Part shown: piece after piece, positions 19,401 through 26,793 of the stretch
Numbering within the stretch: the first letter of the stretch is position 1
Layout of the letters: every line of letters starts with the position of its first letter
IMG/VR virus record: IMGVR_UViG_3300044922_000175
Span: 32,001 to 96,000 of that record
DNA from: a virus
DNA length: 64,000 bases
Reading direction: 5' to 3' (one strand)
Translations under genes and position numbers: made by a program
Notes under the pieces: generated by a model
What the model was told of the DNA's origin: nothing
Databases searched by the model: none
Seen by the model: the letters and a program-made list of their open reading frames with translations, nothing else

Positions 19401-22400
19401 TTCAGAAGAAAGCTCTGGTGTAGTTAACTCAACAAATCTAACTTTACCATTAGGTAGTTTAACAACAGCTACATATCTACCATAGTTAAGTAAAGTATCA
19501 TAACCACTTTTGTATCTGGCATCATCAACTTCTTTAATGGTTGACTCTAATAAATCAGGATCAATATCTGTAATAGGAGAACCTTCTACAGTTATAATAG
19601 AACCATTCTTATATTTATTCTTTCTATCAATTACATAGATACCATTATTAATAGTGTTATATGCTAATTCAGAAAGTTTTGGTCTTTCCTCATCACGAGA
19701 TAGGAACTCATAAGATCCTAAACCAATATTAACATTTGCAACCTTCTTAAGATCTGAATAAGAAATCTCAACAGAATCGCTGCTACCTAATTTAGATTTT
19801 AAATAATTTAATAAAGCAACTTTGTTTTTGTAACTAGCTTTTATATTAGCAACAGCTTGATTATATCTACCATTCTTTAAATAGAAAGCTTGCTTAACTC
19901 TATCTGCATTTATTCTATCATAAGAGATAGGATTACCATTTACATCTAAGAATTGGAAAGATGTAGGGTTAGGTAAGTAACCAATCTCTTCACCATTAAA
20001 TACTAATGCAATTGCATATGAATCAGTAAATAAACCAAGTGATTGATTTTCTTTCTGATCTTCTAATTTAAGGTAGGCATATCTCTGAGGTGATTTATTT
20101 AGATTAGTAAATCTAATACTTAATCCCTTTTGTAATTGTTCTATGGGAGTATCTCTTAATAAATTACTTAGACGTGCTGTTGCATCTTTCTGAGATTCAC
20201 CCTCCATTCTTTTACCCCAAGCTTTATCTAATACACTAATAGAATCAAACCTTGATGCGTATTCTTTTTTGTCAATAGGAGCTCTCTCTAATTTAAATCC
20301 AGTAAAAGATTTAGTAGTAAGAACGGCACCAGTTTTAACATTCTTAAGTTTAAGATTAGAACCAGCAGCAATTTCTGCAGGATAAGAGAGCACTATATAC
20401 TCATTGTTTTTTGTATCTGATATAATCTGTCCATTAACTAATGGAACATTATCAAATACAAACTCCTTTTTATTTTTAGCTAAATAGTTACCAATTCCTT
20501 TTTGTGCTTTCTGAGCTTCTTCTAAACTTGTATAAGCATCTACCTCAAAAGGTATTAACTCATCTGGTTTATTTGTTGCATTAATAGCATTAGTACCATC
20601 ATTTAATTTTACAAAATAAATATCTCCAATTTCTGCACCTTCAATAGATCCGCTAAGCTTAGTTATAAATACACCATTATATCCAGGTGAAACAACGCTT
20701 TCACCCTCTTCTAATGCTGTAGTAACGTATTGATTCTCATCTCTTTGTTGAATAAAGATATCAGAGAATGTTACATTATTTTTATTTAATACATCAAAGA
20801 TTAAAGGTGTTCTAGCATTAGTTCTTAGCCACTCTGTAAACTCAGGTTTAGTTTCTGTAATGGCATCATACGTTCCTTCTAACTCTGTAATAGCATTAAT
20901 AATACTAATCGCTTTTTTACTTGTTACAAACTCTTCAAATGATACAGGAATATCAGCTTCTCTTAAAGTCTTTAAGTAATCATCATAAGCTCTACGTACA
21001 ATTGTCTGAGTAAACTCACTTACATCTTCAATATCTTCTGAACCAAATTCTTCCTCTTCTTCTGTAGTATCTGTAGAAAATTGAGATGGCTCTTTGGGTT
21101 TAGTATTAGATGGAGTTTGTTTTACTTCAACTTTTGTTTTTACTTCAAACTCTGATACAAAAGCTTTAATATTCTGAAATCTAGCATCTTCTACACCAAA
21201 TAATTTATTGCTATTTAAATCTCTAAACTTTATATCTGGATCAGTTAGAATGAGTTCTTTAAGCTCATCAAAACTATTTGTTTCTAAATTCTTTAAATAT
21301 TTAAGATCAATAACAAATCCACCAGCAGCTAATGATTTTAAGAATATACCAATCTTAGATGTTTCAGCATATTTCTTAAATGCTTTCTTAAAGAACTCCG
21401 CCCTTCTTTTATCTCTAGCAACAATTAAAGTGCGCTCTCTTTGAGCAAGCTTAATAAAATTATTAGGATCATATAAATCAGACAGAACTTTGTTAAAATT
21501 AGTCTTATCATAATTAAGCGCATAGTAATCAGTAAAGATTCTATAGGCTTCATTTAGATCTGCAGGATTAAGTGTAGTACCTTTCTCATCTAAAAGAACC
21601 TTCATGTAATCAGTAAAGGCTTTCTTTAAATAAGAGGTCTTTCTTACTTCTACAGGATCATTAATATTCTCAATACGGGCAAGATTAGTTTTTAAAGATT
21701 CTAAAGCTTTTAACTTCTTCTTCTTATTATTAGTAATCTCAATAAGAGCTGGATCAGTTATATCTTTACTTGAATCAATTTCTGCAGTTAATAAGTTTAT
21801 TTCTGTATCAATACTTGGAATACTCAAAGTAGCTGTAACATCAGAGTAACTTAAATTACCAACTCCTGCAATAGATGACATCTGTTTTGTCAAATCAGCC
21901 ATGCGAGTTTTAGCTTGCTCTAAACCATGCAAACTAAATACTGCAGTTTTACGGGCCTCTTCAAAAGCTTTATGGTTTTGTAACTCATTAATAAATCCAG
22001 TAATAGCTTCGGGAGTATCAGCAAATTTATATGTATTAGGATTATAAGGATTCTTAAATGCAGAAAACTGCTCATACTGATCTTTAATTTGACCAGCTCT
22101 ATCAATAGTAATATCTAATACTTGCTTTGCTTCTTCATCAGTAACATCATCCTTTAAATCAAATGCCTCTTTTAATTCTTCACCAGTCATTTGTTTCATA
22201 TCCTCTAGTTTCTGAATTAAGAAATCAAACTTATTAGTTTGTAGTGCTGTATAAACACTATTAAATCGAGCTATATCCTTAAGATCGTGGAATGCTTTTT
22301 CATCAAATGATTTTCTAGCATTAACCATATCAGTACCTGCTTTAATTTGTACTAATAAGTTATCTATATCAAGAGCTAAAACTTTATTACCATTATTAAT

Positions 22401-24158
22401 AGCATCATTTAATTCAACAGCTATCTTATCAAATCTGGCACTTTCTTCTGCATAAGCTTTTCTATACTCTTCTGGGTTTTTAGCTTGTGCTATCTTACCA
22501 ATAATATTTTTAGTGCTACCATAAGCTCTGTTAGCTACAGCAGTAGAAATACCAGTAAGACCACCCATTAAGAAACCTGAAGCAAATACTTCAATACCTT
22601 GTGCTGATGCTTGATCTTTAAGATTGTCATAGGCATCTGCTAAATAAGCTACTACACCTCCAGCTTCTGGAGTATCATATAATCTTTCATAGTAATCTGT
22701 AGATGCCCCAGAAATAATCTCTTGAGAAATTTCTTGAAGACCTTCAGATAAGTTTTTGGAGAAATAACTACTAGCAAAATTTAAATATGTCTTTGGAGTC
22801 TTAAGACCTCTTACGCTTTCAGCAAAAGATTGTCTTATACCCATAGTCTCAAACTGACCAGTCTTCTCTGAAAATCTTAATGTACGTCCACTTAATTTAC
22901 TTTCTTCTACAATACCTGAAGCTGTCTTACCTAAAGTTCTCTTACGACCTTTGTATAAGTTATCAAAAGTAATATTGTTTGTAAGAAGAATGAGGGGAGC
23001 ATTTATTAGACCCGTTGTAAAACCAGCATCTGATGCTTTCTCATAAATTCTATTTAATCTATCTTGATCTGGATATACTCCATTCTCAGTAATGTATTCA
23101 TTAATATGCTTATCAATAAAATCATTCTTAACTCCTCCGCCTTCCATAGAAGCTTCAGCAGTAGCATAACTAATCTGCTTCATATCTCTTACAAAGTCGG
23201 CAACCCCTCTTACTGAATTAGCTAATCCTAATACAGGACTTTCTGCAGTAATAAAACTCTTAACATTCTTAAATGTATTAGGAACGATGTTCTTAGCAGT
23301 TGCTTCAGCTACATTTAATGCGCCTCTACCAATAGCTGCTACATCCATAGCCTTAATTGTATTGTAAGCTTGTCTAGCAGCGTTAGCATCAAACAACGCA
23401 GAGATAGATTTGATTGTACCGGCTGTCTTTGCAGCACTAGCAGCAAGAGCAGCAGGAAGAGCCATACCATCAGATAAAGCCACCGCACCAGTAAGTAATG
23501 CTTCAGTAGCTAAATAGTCTGCAGCAATACCTGCAACAAATCCTGATTGTAAAGCTAAGTTAGAAACAAAACCAGCAGCACCACCTCTTGTACTACCACG
23601 TTCTGCCATAATCTGGGAGAACTCTCTAGCACCGGTTTCATCAGTCATAGAGAAATCACCAGTTGCCATATCAGCAAGACTTCTATATCCTGATTGAACA
23701 ACAGATAATCCTAATGCAGGAATACCACCAGCTGCTCTAAATAGATCTTGATACCAACTTCTATTCTGATTATATAAAGCTTCATTATTACTTACAGGAT
23801 TAAAACCTAACTTATAAAAGTTATCACTATCGTTATAGTATCTATCAAAGTTTGTTTGTTGGTATCCAGGCTGAAAGTATTTTTCTTTTGAGTTCTGAAA
23901 TGCAATATCAGATTCAGTAATAGGTTTTGCCATTGCTTGTTTAGCAACATCAAAAGGATTACTAGGATCATAATCTACAGCAACACTACCAAATGCTGAA
24001 GGCACTGGAACCCCAGGAACAGCATAAGTATCAGTTACGGATATTAGCGGCTCATTAGTTGGCGCAATACTTGCTTGAAAAGCATCTGATCCTTCAAAGT
24101 TAGAAGGCAAACCGGGTTCAACACCTAGTGGTGGAATTGCATTGTCAAATTCTTCCAT
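10458..24158 (-). CDS. Giant virion RNA polymerase fusion protein (crAss-like two-barrel RNAP) with N-terminal ejection-type region and zincin domain
   Basis: 4566 aa. Catalytic GADFDIDKL (DFDID at 13758-13772, aa 3463-3467), RIPSQDKHS (13863-13889), DEVKRAKG and TDNAKE motifs. HEAFH at 18195-18209 (aa 1984-1988) with later EEYLAD. Confidence 0.88.
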   Translation of the reverse strand: MEEFDNAIPPLGVEPGLPSNFEGSDAFQASIAPTNEPLISVTDTYAVPGVPVPSAFGSVAVDYDPSNPFDVAKQAMAKPITESDIAFQNSKEKYFQPGYQQTNFDRYYNDSDNFYKLGFNPVSNNEALYNQNRSWYQDLFRAAGGIPALGLSVVQSGYRSLADMATGDFSMTDETGAREFSQIMAERGSTRGGAAGFVSNLALQSGFVAGIAADYLATEALLTGAVALSDGMALPAALAASAAKTAGTIKSISALFDANAARQAYNTIKAMDVAAIGRGALNVAEATAKNIVPNTFKNVKSFITAESPVLGLANSVRGVADFVRDMKQISYATAEASMEGGGVKNDFIDKHINEYITENGVYPDQDRLNRIYEKASDAGFTTGLINAPLILLTNNITFDNLYKGRKRTLGKTASGIVEESKLSGRTLRFSEKTGQFETMGIRQSFAESVRGLKTPKTYLNFASSYFSKNLSEGLQEISQEIISGASTDYYERLYDTPEAGGVVAYLADAYDNLKDQASAQGIEVFASGFLMGGLTGISTAVANRAYGSTKNIIGKIAQAKNPEEYRKAYAEESARFDKIAVELNDAINNGNKVLALDIDNLLVQIKAGTDMVNARKSFDEKAFHDLKDIARFNSVYTALQTNKFDFLIQKLEDMKQMTGEELKEAFDLKDDVTDEEAKQVLDITIDRAGQIKDQYEQFSAFKNPYNPNTYKFADTPEAITGFINELQNHKAFEEARKTAVFSLHGLEQAKTRMADLTKQMSSIAGVGNLSYSDVTATLSIPSIDTEINLLTAEIDSSKDITDPALIEITNNKKKKLKALESLKTNLARIENINDPVEVRKTSYLKKAFTDYMKVLLDEKGTTLNPADLNEAYRIFTDYYALNYDKTNFNKVLSDLYDPNNFIKLAQRERTLIVARDKRRAEFFKKAFKKYAETSKIGIFLKSLAAGGFVIDLKYLKNLETNSFDELKELILTDPDIKFRDLNSNKLFGVEDARFQNIKAFVSEFEVKTKVEVKQTPSNTKPKEPSQFSTDTTEEEEEFGSEDIEDVSEFTQTIVRRAYDDYLKTLREADIPVSFEEFVTSKKAISIINAITELEGTYDAITETKPEFTEWLRTNARTPLIFDVLNKNNVTFSDIFIQQRDENQYVTTALEEGESVVSPGYNGVFITKLSGSIEGAEIGDIYFVKLNDGTNAINATNKPDELIPFEVDAYTSLEEAQKAQKGIGNYLAKNKKEFVFDNVPLVNGQIISDTKNNEYIVLSYPAEIAAGSNLKLKNVKTGAVLTTKSFTGFKLERAPIDKKEYASRFDSISVLDKAWGKRMEGESQKDATARLSNLLRDTPIEQLQKGLSIRFTNLNKSPQRYAYLKLEDQKENQSLGLFTDSYAIALVFNGEEIGYLPNPTSFQFLDVNGNPISYDRINADRVKQAFYLKNGRYNQAVANIKASYKNKVALLNYLKSKLGSSDSVEISYSDLKKVANVNIGLGSYEFLSRDEERPKLSELAYNTINNGIYVIDRKNKYKNGSIITVEGSPITDIDPDLLESTIKEVDDARYKSGYDTLLNYGRYVAVVKLPNGKVRFVELTTPELSSEELNTLAASIKERIELTKKENLDEEAKPLAQEYNDVWNEDNIGNKVFISLPLKDKGKFLDVYVSPNGSIVLDFVNKNSRTDKITRKRIINDPEFNTFSELLSLLNTAIKEHDADVKLPANKMDIILTGRSFKAALPMTIDTLQVLDMEASVGTNVVKDVSVYLDMLEPASDVQANPILPKVDDSVLDSALGNIDFSSAPTSPTSNPDLLRGVAPVNPPVVPVTEPTEKPKEPIQVSSADVLNKVLAAQQSIPQQIKQLQAELYDKMDEVDDELRDKRFAEKGEELTVAEKREIRTQAENSPEVLAIKGQIEVLSNSIGLKVVDAGYTESDITNLTEFLTWVQNNLPDFITVEDLNTLKNNLYNGSKTVGAFVSSLSNVAGNVEVNGTIYTSASSPFKYHEAFHAVFRLLLSDAQISRYLTIAKKELRDQLRKEGKSFSLAKEEMRLLNPLYAAMSESQLEERMYEEYLADKFEAWKINKKTETSHVNKSLFAKIVELIKKVFSRFGKNELNSLFDNIDAGKYRNSKVVTNRYTDSPFDISEPVLKAIKIGTDVIEDSTFAAEGEVNLIRVDKYLPEQEGTRLSASVAAIYNNKLKDADKQTNTEDLLDGILNDYKELYNPKLEQYIDLKSKEIAKLKEYRSIFSLIENREILKEAVREHLAILSIKETNEQDASDDIIDELGERGKQNYTEGAASVGGFGSLSKFLRSWISTITYQAADEFGNVQFLDGTPYIQSVDGSTVYNGILKAIAGTETIDEVLLKLNLYKDRNFESGKVIDEFFIQTGVTFDEEGNPDLSNVKNSYLFQSFTKGFGQYAIDYLFINKDLKKEIANIISANRKDSGKVQFDQWSQAYSNIYESKLTPESKAKAKLVLTKIKTAMAPTKKYTDDELIQVTNKLSVELMETLGISLSGMYLSYSIANNITTLTDQQIKLFKIYSNVTPITIEDIDALSDLVDTEENPFINVQYEITVDAETGEVTPETEVLEGGATTRLYNLAKANAIFDESVYATSWKNAEGQLVYVHQLPSYHLVKINEIKKAGGIEELLKDPFLANNYLLNDPNFLASLDLVTVKRIDGQKVSSLNETEDGDVIENKQLEVNRREGTTYGSFTPEEFIVSLLDLYSTGDVQERNKVKFGTSTHLIRVLEASSTGNVVNLPIIKAAAKASGKNTLTKQAENAMLGFVEQEYTRIQRVANGEFIDEIYDFNTGKMRGLTLFKTGKLISEDLKNELEAQAQENLPLTEKQKAQIKKEMTQSMLNDVNYLIDLLDEDNILQVEDGKVTKSALASFVTKGFTIKEKDKKKAKEDITKNSFFNLKNNDYRYNLLQIYVNDFINTTAINQLMHGDHAISFKDAVDEVKRAKGSNATGANIEAIITDERLGIKHAFKTAHIVTLSDPLFQAKYAGGKGEKANAQMWMTVKALRYTLFGLGKLSPIQAELLNKIENGETVTGDFFFGDSTQKGAVSFDAATNSIKLVYFDGQTYIKTSGFVLTKEFTSYGNKFQYALPGKEELHSLRNTLEAYEKDRETVSLAIPVSGSKGKKTNVASDVNSITDRNFIETSTKYWRLQLENPSNKVKITDTTQIKTILTAEQNDETIVNFMGTDISVGDLKKIYQNSSLNRVKVNYLEKRNAIFTLDSGLEEVKKSIAAGTVTPKLAAFQKYAIETLKSSAGDAQMIEFFELDEQGEPKYDLNSPITIDKFVELFLSYFSKGVLSEKVPGHAVALVSDYGVKQLKKVLELDENGQPKRWELIRVEEFKLNPSKYGTPKTQSDLENRTFNDLQVGDYYVDDLRHNVPEYDENGKITGYFTEFIMPAHFKELLSFIKPGDKIPDAVAKMFGVRIPSQDKHSAVALKLVDFMPVYYGSSAVFPQELIEISGADFDIDKLYIAIQEWLVENGKFIAYGSGTTKTEKFNQFVKYQFSKNKEFKKAYFEFYSALKKEKADELEALQELDIDISDSDYFDDYINQEEVTKAALQYLNLPSTADEYNTKIEKLGYEPYQGALNNIIVNARIALLNNTDMVTAKEGEIPKAFQVATVDPLINIVKSFTEQFPELKDQLEEGKYNIDTLLGKYYAFRNNKEGARNIGPAVNSLLVYSLLNTNNINIRKASSYTDETGETIELKTLRFKLNGKEFDTYGETKAYNPKTGEYDGKRIADILSALVSAMTDNAKERLAAKLNLNIDSLGVVANMVAQGVSLEDSLLFINQPAIRKFYKTLRTNKSSYATDAERKVSKNTIIKNLIEKYDVKEIPTNITTADLIAGIKRNTPEIQVYVLNSFKTLNLQSDTFMNVSAVLKVNKGLPKDLTEFDEIYDKAVDLGLEMTDKEFETSSIPFDIRSLLRNQNTTFGFNFTVYREIRSLTGSVMLNRTPVVNRMRDIVLANTEVNFRDRKNFKKSLDQNLISFFAIKAYLNILNKGGYKRALASLNNGMIYDQAASTLPENMDNVTDVVKKLRELSPNNYFANKFLFAITGANKSNKDGINKVDFNNWTKLSKLQLNKIQYSFMELYTNELTRPYAIDLFHYLLVKDGGQFKSGSFIRVMPNFMFEMILNSSGAAVNALKGSADNAFVKKTFGASINQLYNEFVRGFLQSSNTTFFTKTLKTNLAKNNEVKELKKKLDIPENTKIQSPITTTDTGIQINVFKNTTFERELIPLGDVSNYKGDEMIVDQNGNYQIVQPMVALPGESRLSDEGKKFYRYNLNYLRIAGLVQESKDGKTQIGFPIVLKTIDYTFNKKTFYRLKTIKRDRVKQEENLADLIQPGDMYAFGVSAEYEKFDPIGSRKQFAAGFVIPGSLPTFTGIFANRRNKNVANNPGAFSDLNNIDFDQSIDKQLANIDFSKAPANISSTLASNGITVKTEGKKITYEKDGKPFDTTAKSPEELAKTLTPKAQEQTEEFGDIDAMLASAPAAAFNVSMGAVLKAKAEYPVLNEFYMNELTDEQKEKIKQDLNITSFVNFVEQYKDYVNTSGGNQNSFVEQIKRCYL

Positions 24159-24177
24159 TTAGAACAAATTTAATTTA

Positions 24178-26739
24178 TTATCTAATTGCGTCAAAACTAT
24201 TGAGGAGATTACTGAAACTAATATTATTCAGATTGTTCTGAGTAAATATATCAGTCATTCCTTTTCTACTATCATACATAGTACCTGTAGCAGTAATACT
24301 GCCATTTGGATTTTTTGTAAAGGTCATATCAATATTTCCATTAGGATTGATATACCTATATGTACCGGCATTATCTAAAATTACTTGTCTCTCATCCTTC
24401 TGTAATCTAGAAGAAATAAGATTGGTTGTTTGAGCTGCGGGAATAACTGCAGTTATACCAGTACTAATAATTTTAGCATACTCAGCATCTGTAATACTAC
24501 CAGCTTCTTTAAGAGCTTTTAATGTAGGATCTGATGCGTTAGGTCTAACTGTTAAAGATTGATAATCTGAATTACCTAATGCACGTGATTGATAAGAATA
24601 GCTAACACTTTGTTTGTTAGCTCTGGCATCAGATACCAGTATATTTAAATAACTTCTAAGTACTTGATTATCTTCAATATCTGCAAATACACGATCACTG
24701 GCAGCAGCTACATCAGCTGGTGTACCAATTGCAATTCTAGAATCTGAATTTAAAACATCACCTAGTGCAGATCTTAATCCTAAAGTTAATTTAGAAGAAG
24801 GCTTTGTAAAATCAGCAACACCCTGAATGTTATTACTAATATAACTACCAGGACCAGCTGTACCTACAACTTTATAACCAGCTTGGTTTTTAGAGAGGTT
24901 AATATATTTTTCTTGATAATCCTCTACAAAATCTTCATAATCATCAGCAAAGTCATCAGCATCAATATTAGGATTCTTTTTTAATGCTTCTTCATATGCA
25001 TCCTTTACACTTCTTAAAAAGCCATCTTTAGCAAATACATAATCAACAAATGTTGGAACATAATCACCAGATGCTTTCATATTAGCAGCAATTTTTTGGT
25101 TATTACTATTTAATGCACTAATATTACTATAAGCTAATTGACGTTTATCATTGGCCGTAGTTAAAGCAGAAGCTAAATTCTTAGCTAAAGAAGGATCGGC
25201 TTTAACCATATCTTGAATACCGTTAAAGATCTTATTAAGAGAGGTTAATGATACATTACCCTCTCTTAAACTATTCATGTTAGTTCCGGAAGCTTTTAAA
25301 ACATTACCAACAGCACTATTTAACTTAGCATCATTAATACTGGAAATAGAATTAGTTAATTCATATACACTATTACCAAAGCTTTTCCAACTATTATCAA
25401 ACTCAGTCCTATCTGAAACAAATGCATCTTCTACAGCAGCTTCAGTTTTAACAGCACCAGTAGTAAAATCATCAAATCCACCAGTTTCTAACATCTTCAT
25501 CTCACGCTGAAAGTCTTGCTGAATCTTTTCTTTCTTAGTCCAATAAGAAAAATCTAAAGCTTTTTCATAATCAATCTTTGCAAACTCATTAGCTTTTTTC
25601 TCTACCTGATAATTTCTATAGGCTTCTACTTCAGTTGCTTTACCAATGTCATTAGAGATATAAGAACTAGCTTCAGAAGATCTAATAGCTCTAGATAATA
25701 AATCTATATCCTCATCATTAATAGCAGTAACAATCTGAGATATTCTATCACTTAAATTAGTTTTAGCTTTCTCATAACCATCTCTTTTTGCAACAACCAT
25801 TTGATATTCCTGTTGTTCTTTTGGAGTTAATTTACCACCGCGATTTAATCTAGACTCATATACATCTGTCTTAGCTTGATACTGTGAATAACCTTCTTCA
25901 ATATCCTCTAATCTATTTCTATCATTCTTAAGAAATGCATCAGCATTTGTAACATAATATTCCGTAGTAGCTTGATCTATATCACCATTAAATTTTGATT
26001 CAGCCAATTGTGTAATCGCACTCATAGAATTTACATATGCTAATTCATTATAATATGCTTTTACAGAAGGATCATCTCCTAACGCCATACTAAGATATTG
26101 AGCAATAACTGGTTTAGCAGCTTCACCACCAGTAGTTGTTACATCATAACCACCTATAGTTTTTTCTATCTTTATGTCTTTAAAATCATCACCAATAAGC
26201 TCTCTAGCTTTATCCATGATATTTACATAAGGAACATATTTAGGCATTGCCATTCTATAGGCTTTGTCTTGTGATGCATTTTTAAATTCTATCTGTCTAT
26301 ATTGTAGACCTCTTACTCCAACATCTGAATATTTGGAACTAGTTTCTGGATCAAGAGAATTTTTAAATATTTCAGCTTGTTGTTGACCTTGTTTAACACC
26401 TTTAGTAAACATGATGTCATACTGCATCTTTTTATCATCTACAAAAGGTTGAAATACCTGCTGTGCTAATTGCACATTAGCAGGATCAGAAAGATCTAAA
26501 GATGTAATTTGCTGAATAGCTTTCTCAGAGTTCTTCAAAAAGTTATCTCTTGCTTCTCTATTATCATCTCTTGTAAGATCAGCATATACAATACTACCGT
26601 ATGCACCACTTAATTGATTAAGTGAGCTATCATACCTAGCCTGTCTTGTTGCTAAAACCGTATTAAGAAAATCAAAATTAGGTTTATAAGGTTCAGCCTT
26701 TGGTATGTAATCGGTAAGACCTTGAATGTAAGTAGCCAT
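24178..26739 (-). CDS. Virion cargo/ejection protein (helical, Cys-free)
   Basis: 853 aa, begins MATYIQGLTDYIPKAEPYKPNFDFL. Its position just before the vRNAP gene matches crAss-like cargo genes. Confidence 0.55.
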   Translation of the reverse strand: MATYIQGLTDYIPKAEPYKPNFDFLNTVLATRQARYDSSLNQLSGAYGSIVYADLTRDDNREARDNFLKNSEKAIQQITSLDLSDPANVQLAQQVFQPFVDDKKMQYDIMFTKGVKQGQQQAEIFKNSLDPETSSKYSDVGVRGLQYRQIEFKNASQDKAYRMAMPKYVPYVNIMDKARELIGDDFKDIKIEKTIGGYDVTTTGGEAAKPVIAQYLSMALGDDPSVKAYYNELAYVNSMSAITQLAESKFNGDIDQATTEYYVTNADAFLKNDRNRLEDIEEGYSQYQAKTDVYESRLNRGGKLTPKEQQEYQMVVAKRDGYEKAKTNLSDRISQIVTAINDEDIDLLSRAIRSSEASSYISNDIGKATEVEAYRNYQVEKKANEFAKIDYEKALDFSYWTKKEKIQQDFQREMKMLETGGFDDFTTGAVKTEAAVEDAFVSDRTEFDNSWKSFGNSVYELTNSISSINDAKLNSAVGNVLKASGTNMNSLREGNVSLTSLNKIFNGIQDMVKADPSLAKNLASALTTANDKRQLAYSNISALNSNNQKIAANMKASGDYVPTFVDYVFAKDGFLRSVKDAYEEALKKNPNIDADDFADDYEDFVEDYQEKYINLSKNQAGYKVVGTAGPGSYISNNIQGVADFTKPSSKLTLGLRSALGDVLNSDSRIAIGTPADVAAASDRVFADIEDNQVLRSYLNILVSDARANKQSVSYSYQSRALGNSDYQSLTVRPNASDPTLKALKEAGSITDAEYAKIISTGITAVIPAAQTTNLISSRLQKDERQVILDNAGTYRYINPNGNIDMTFTKNPNGSITATGTMYDSRKGMTDIFTQNNLNNISFSNLLNSFDAIR

Positions 26740-26750
26740 TATCTATATTA

Positions 26751-26767
26751 TAAATATAACAAATATA
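26751..26767 (-). promoter_or_regulatory. Tandem Bacteroidota -7-like elements (TATATTTG, TATATTTA)
   Basis: TAnnTTTG at 26760-26767 in the 54-nt gap upstream of the 853-aa gene. No clear -33 element. Confidence 0.5.
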
Positions 26768-26793
26768 AAGTTAAACTATTAAACCTCTAATAT

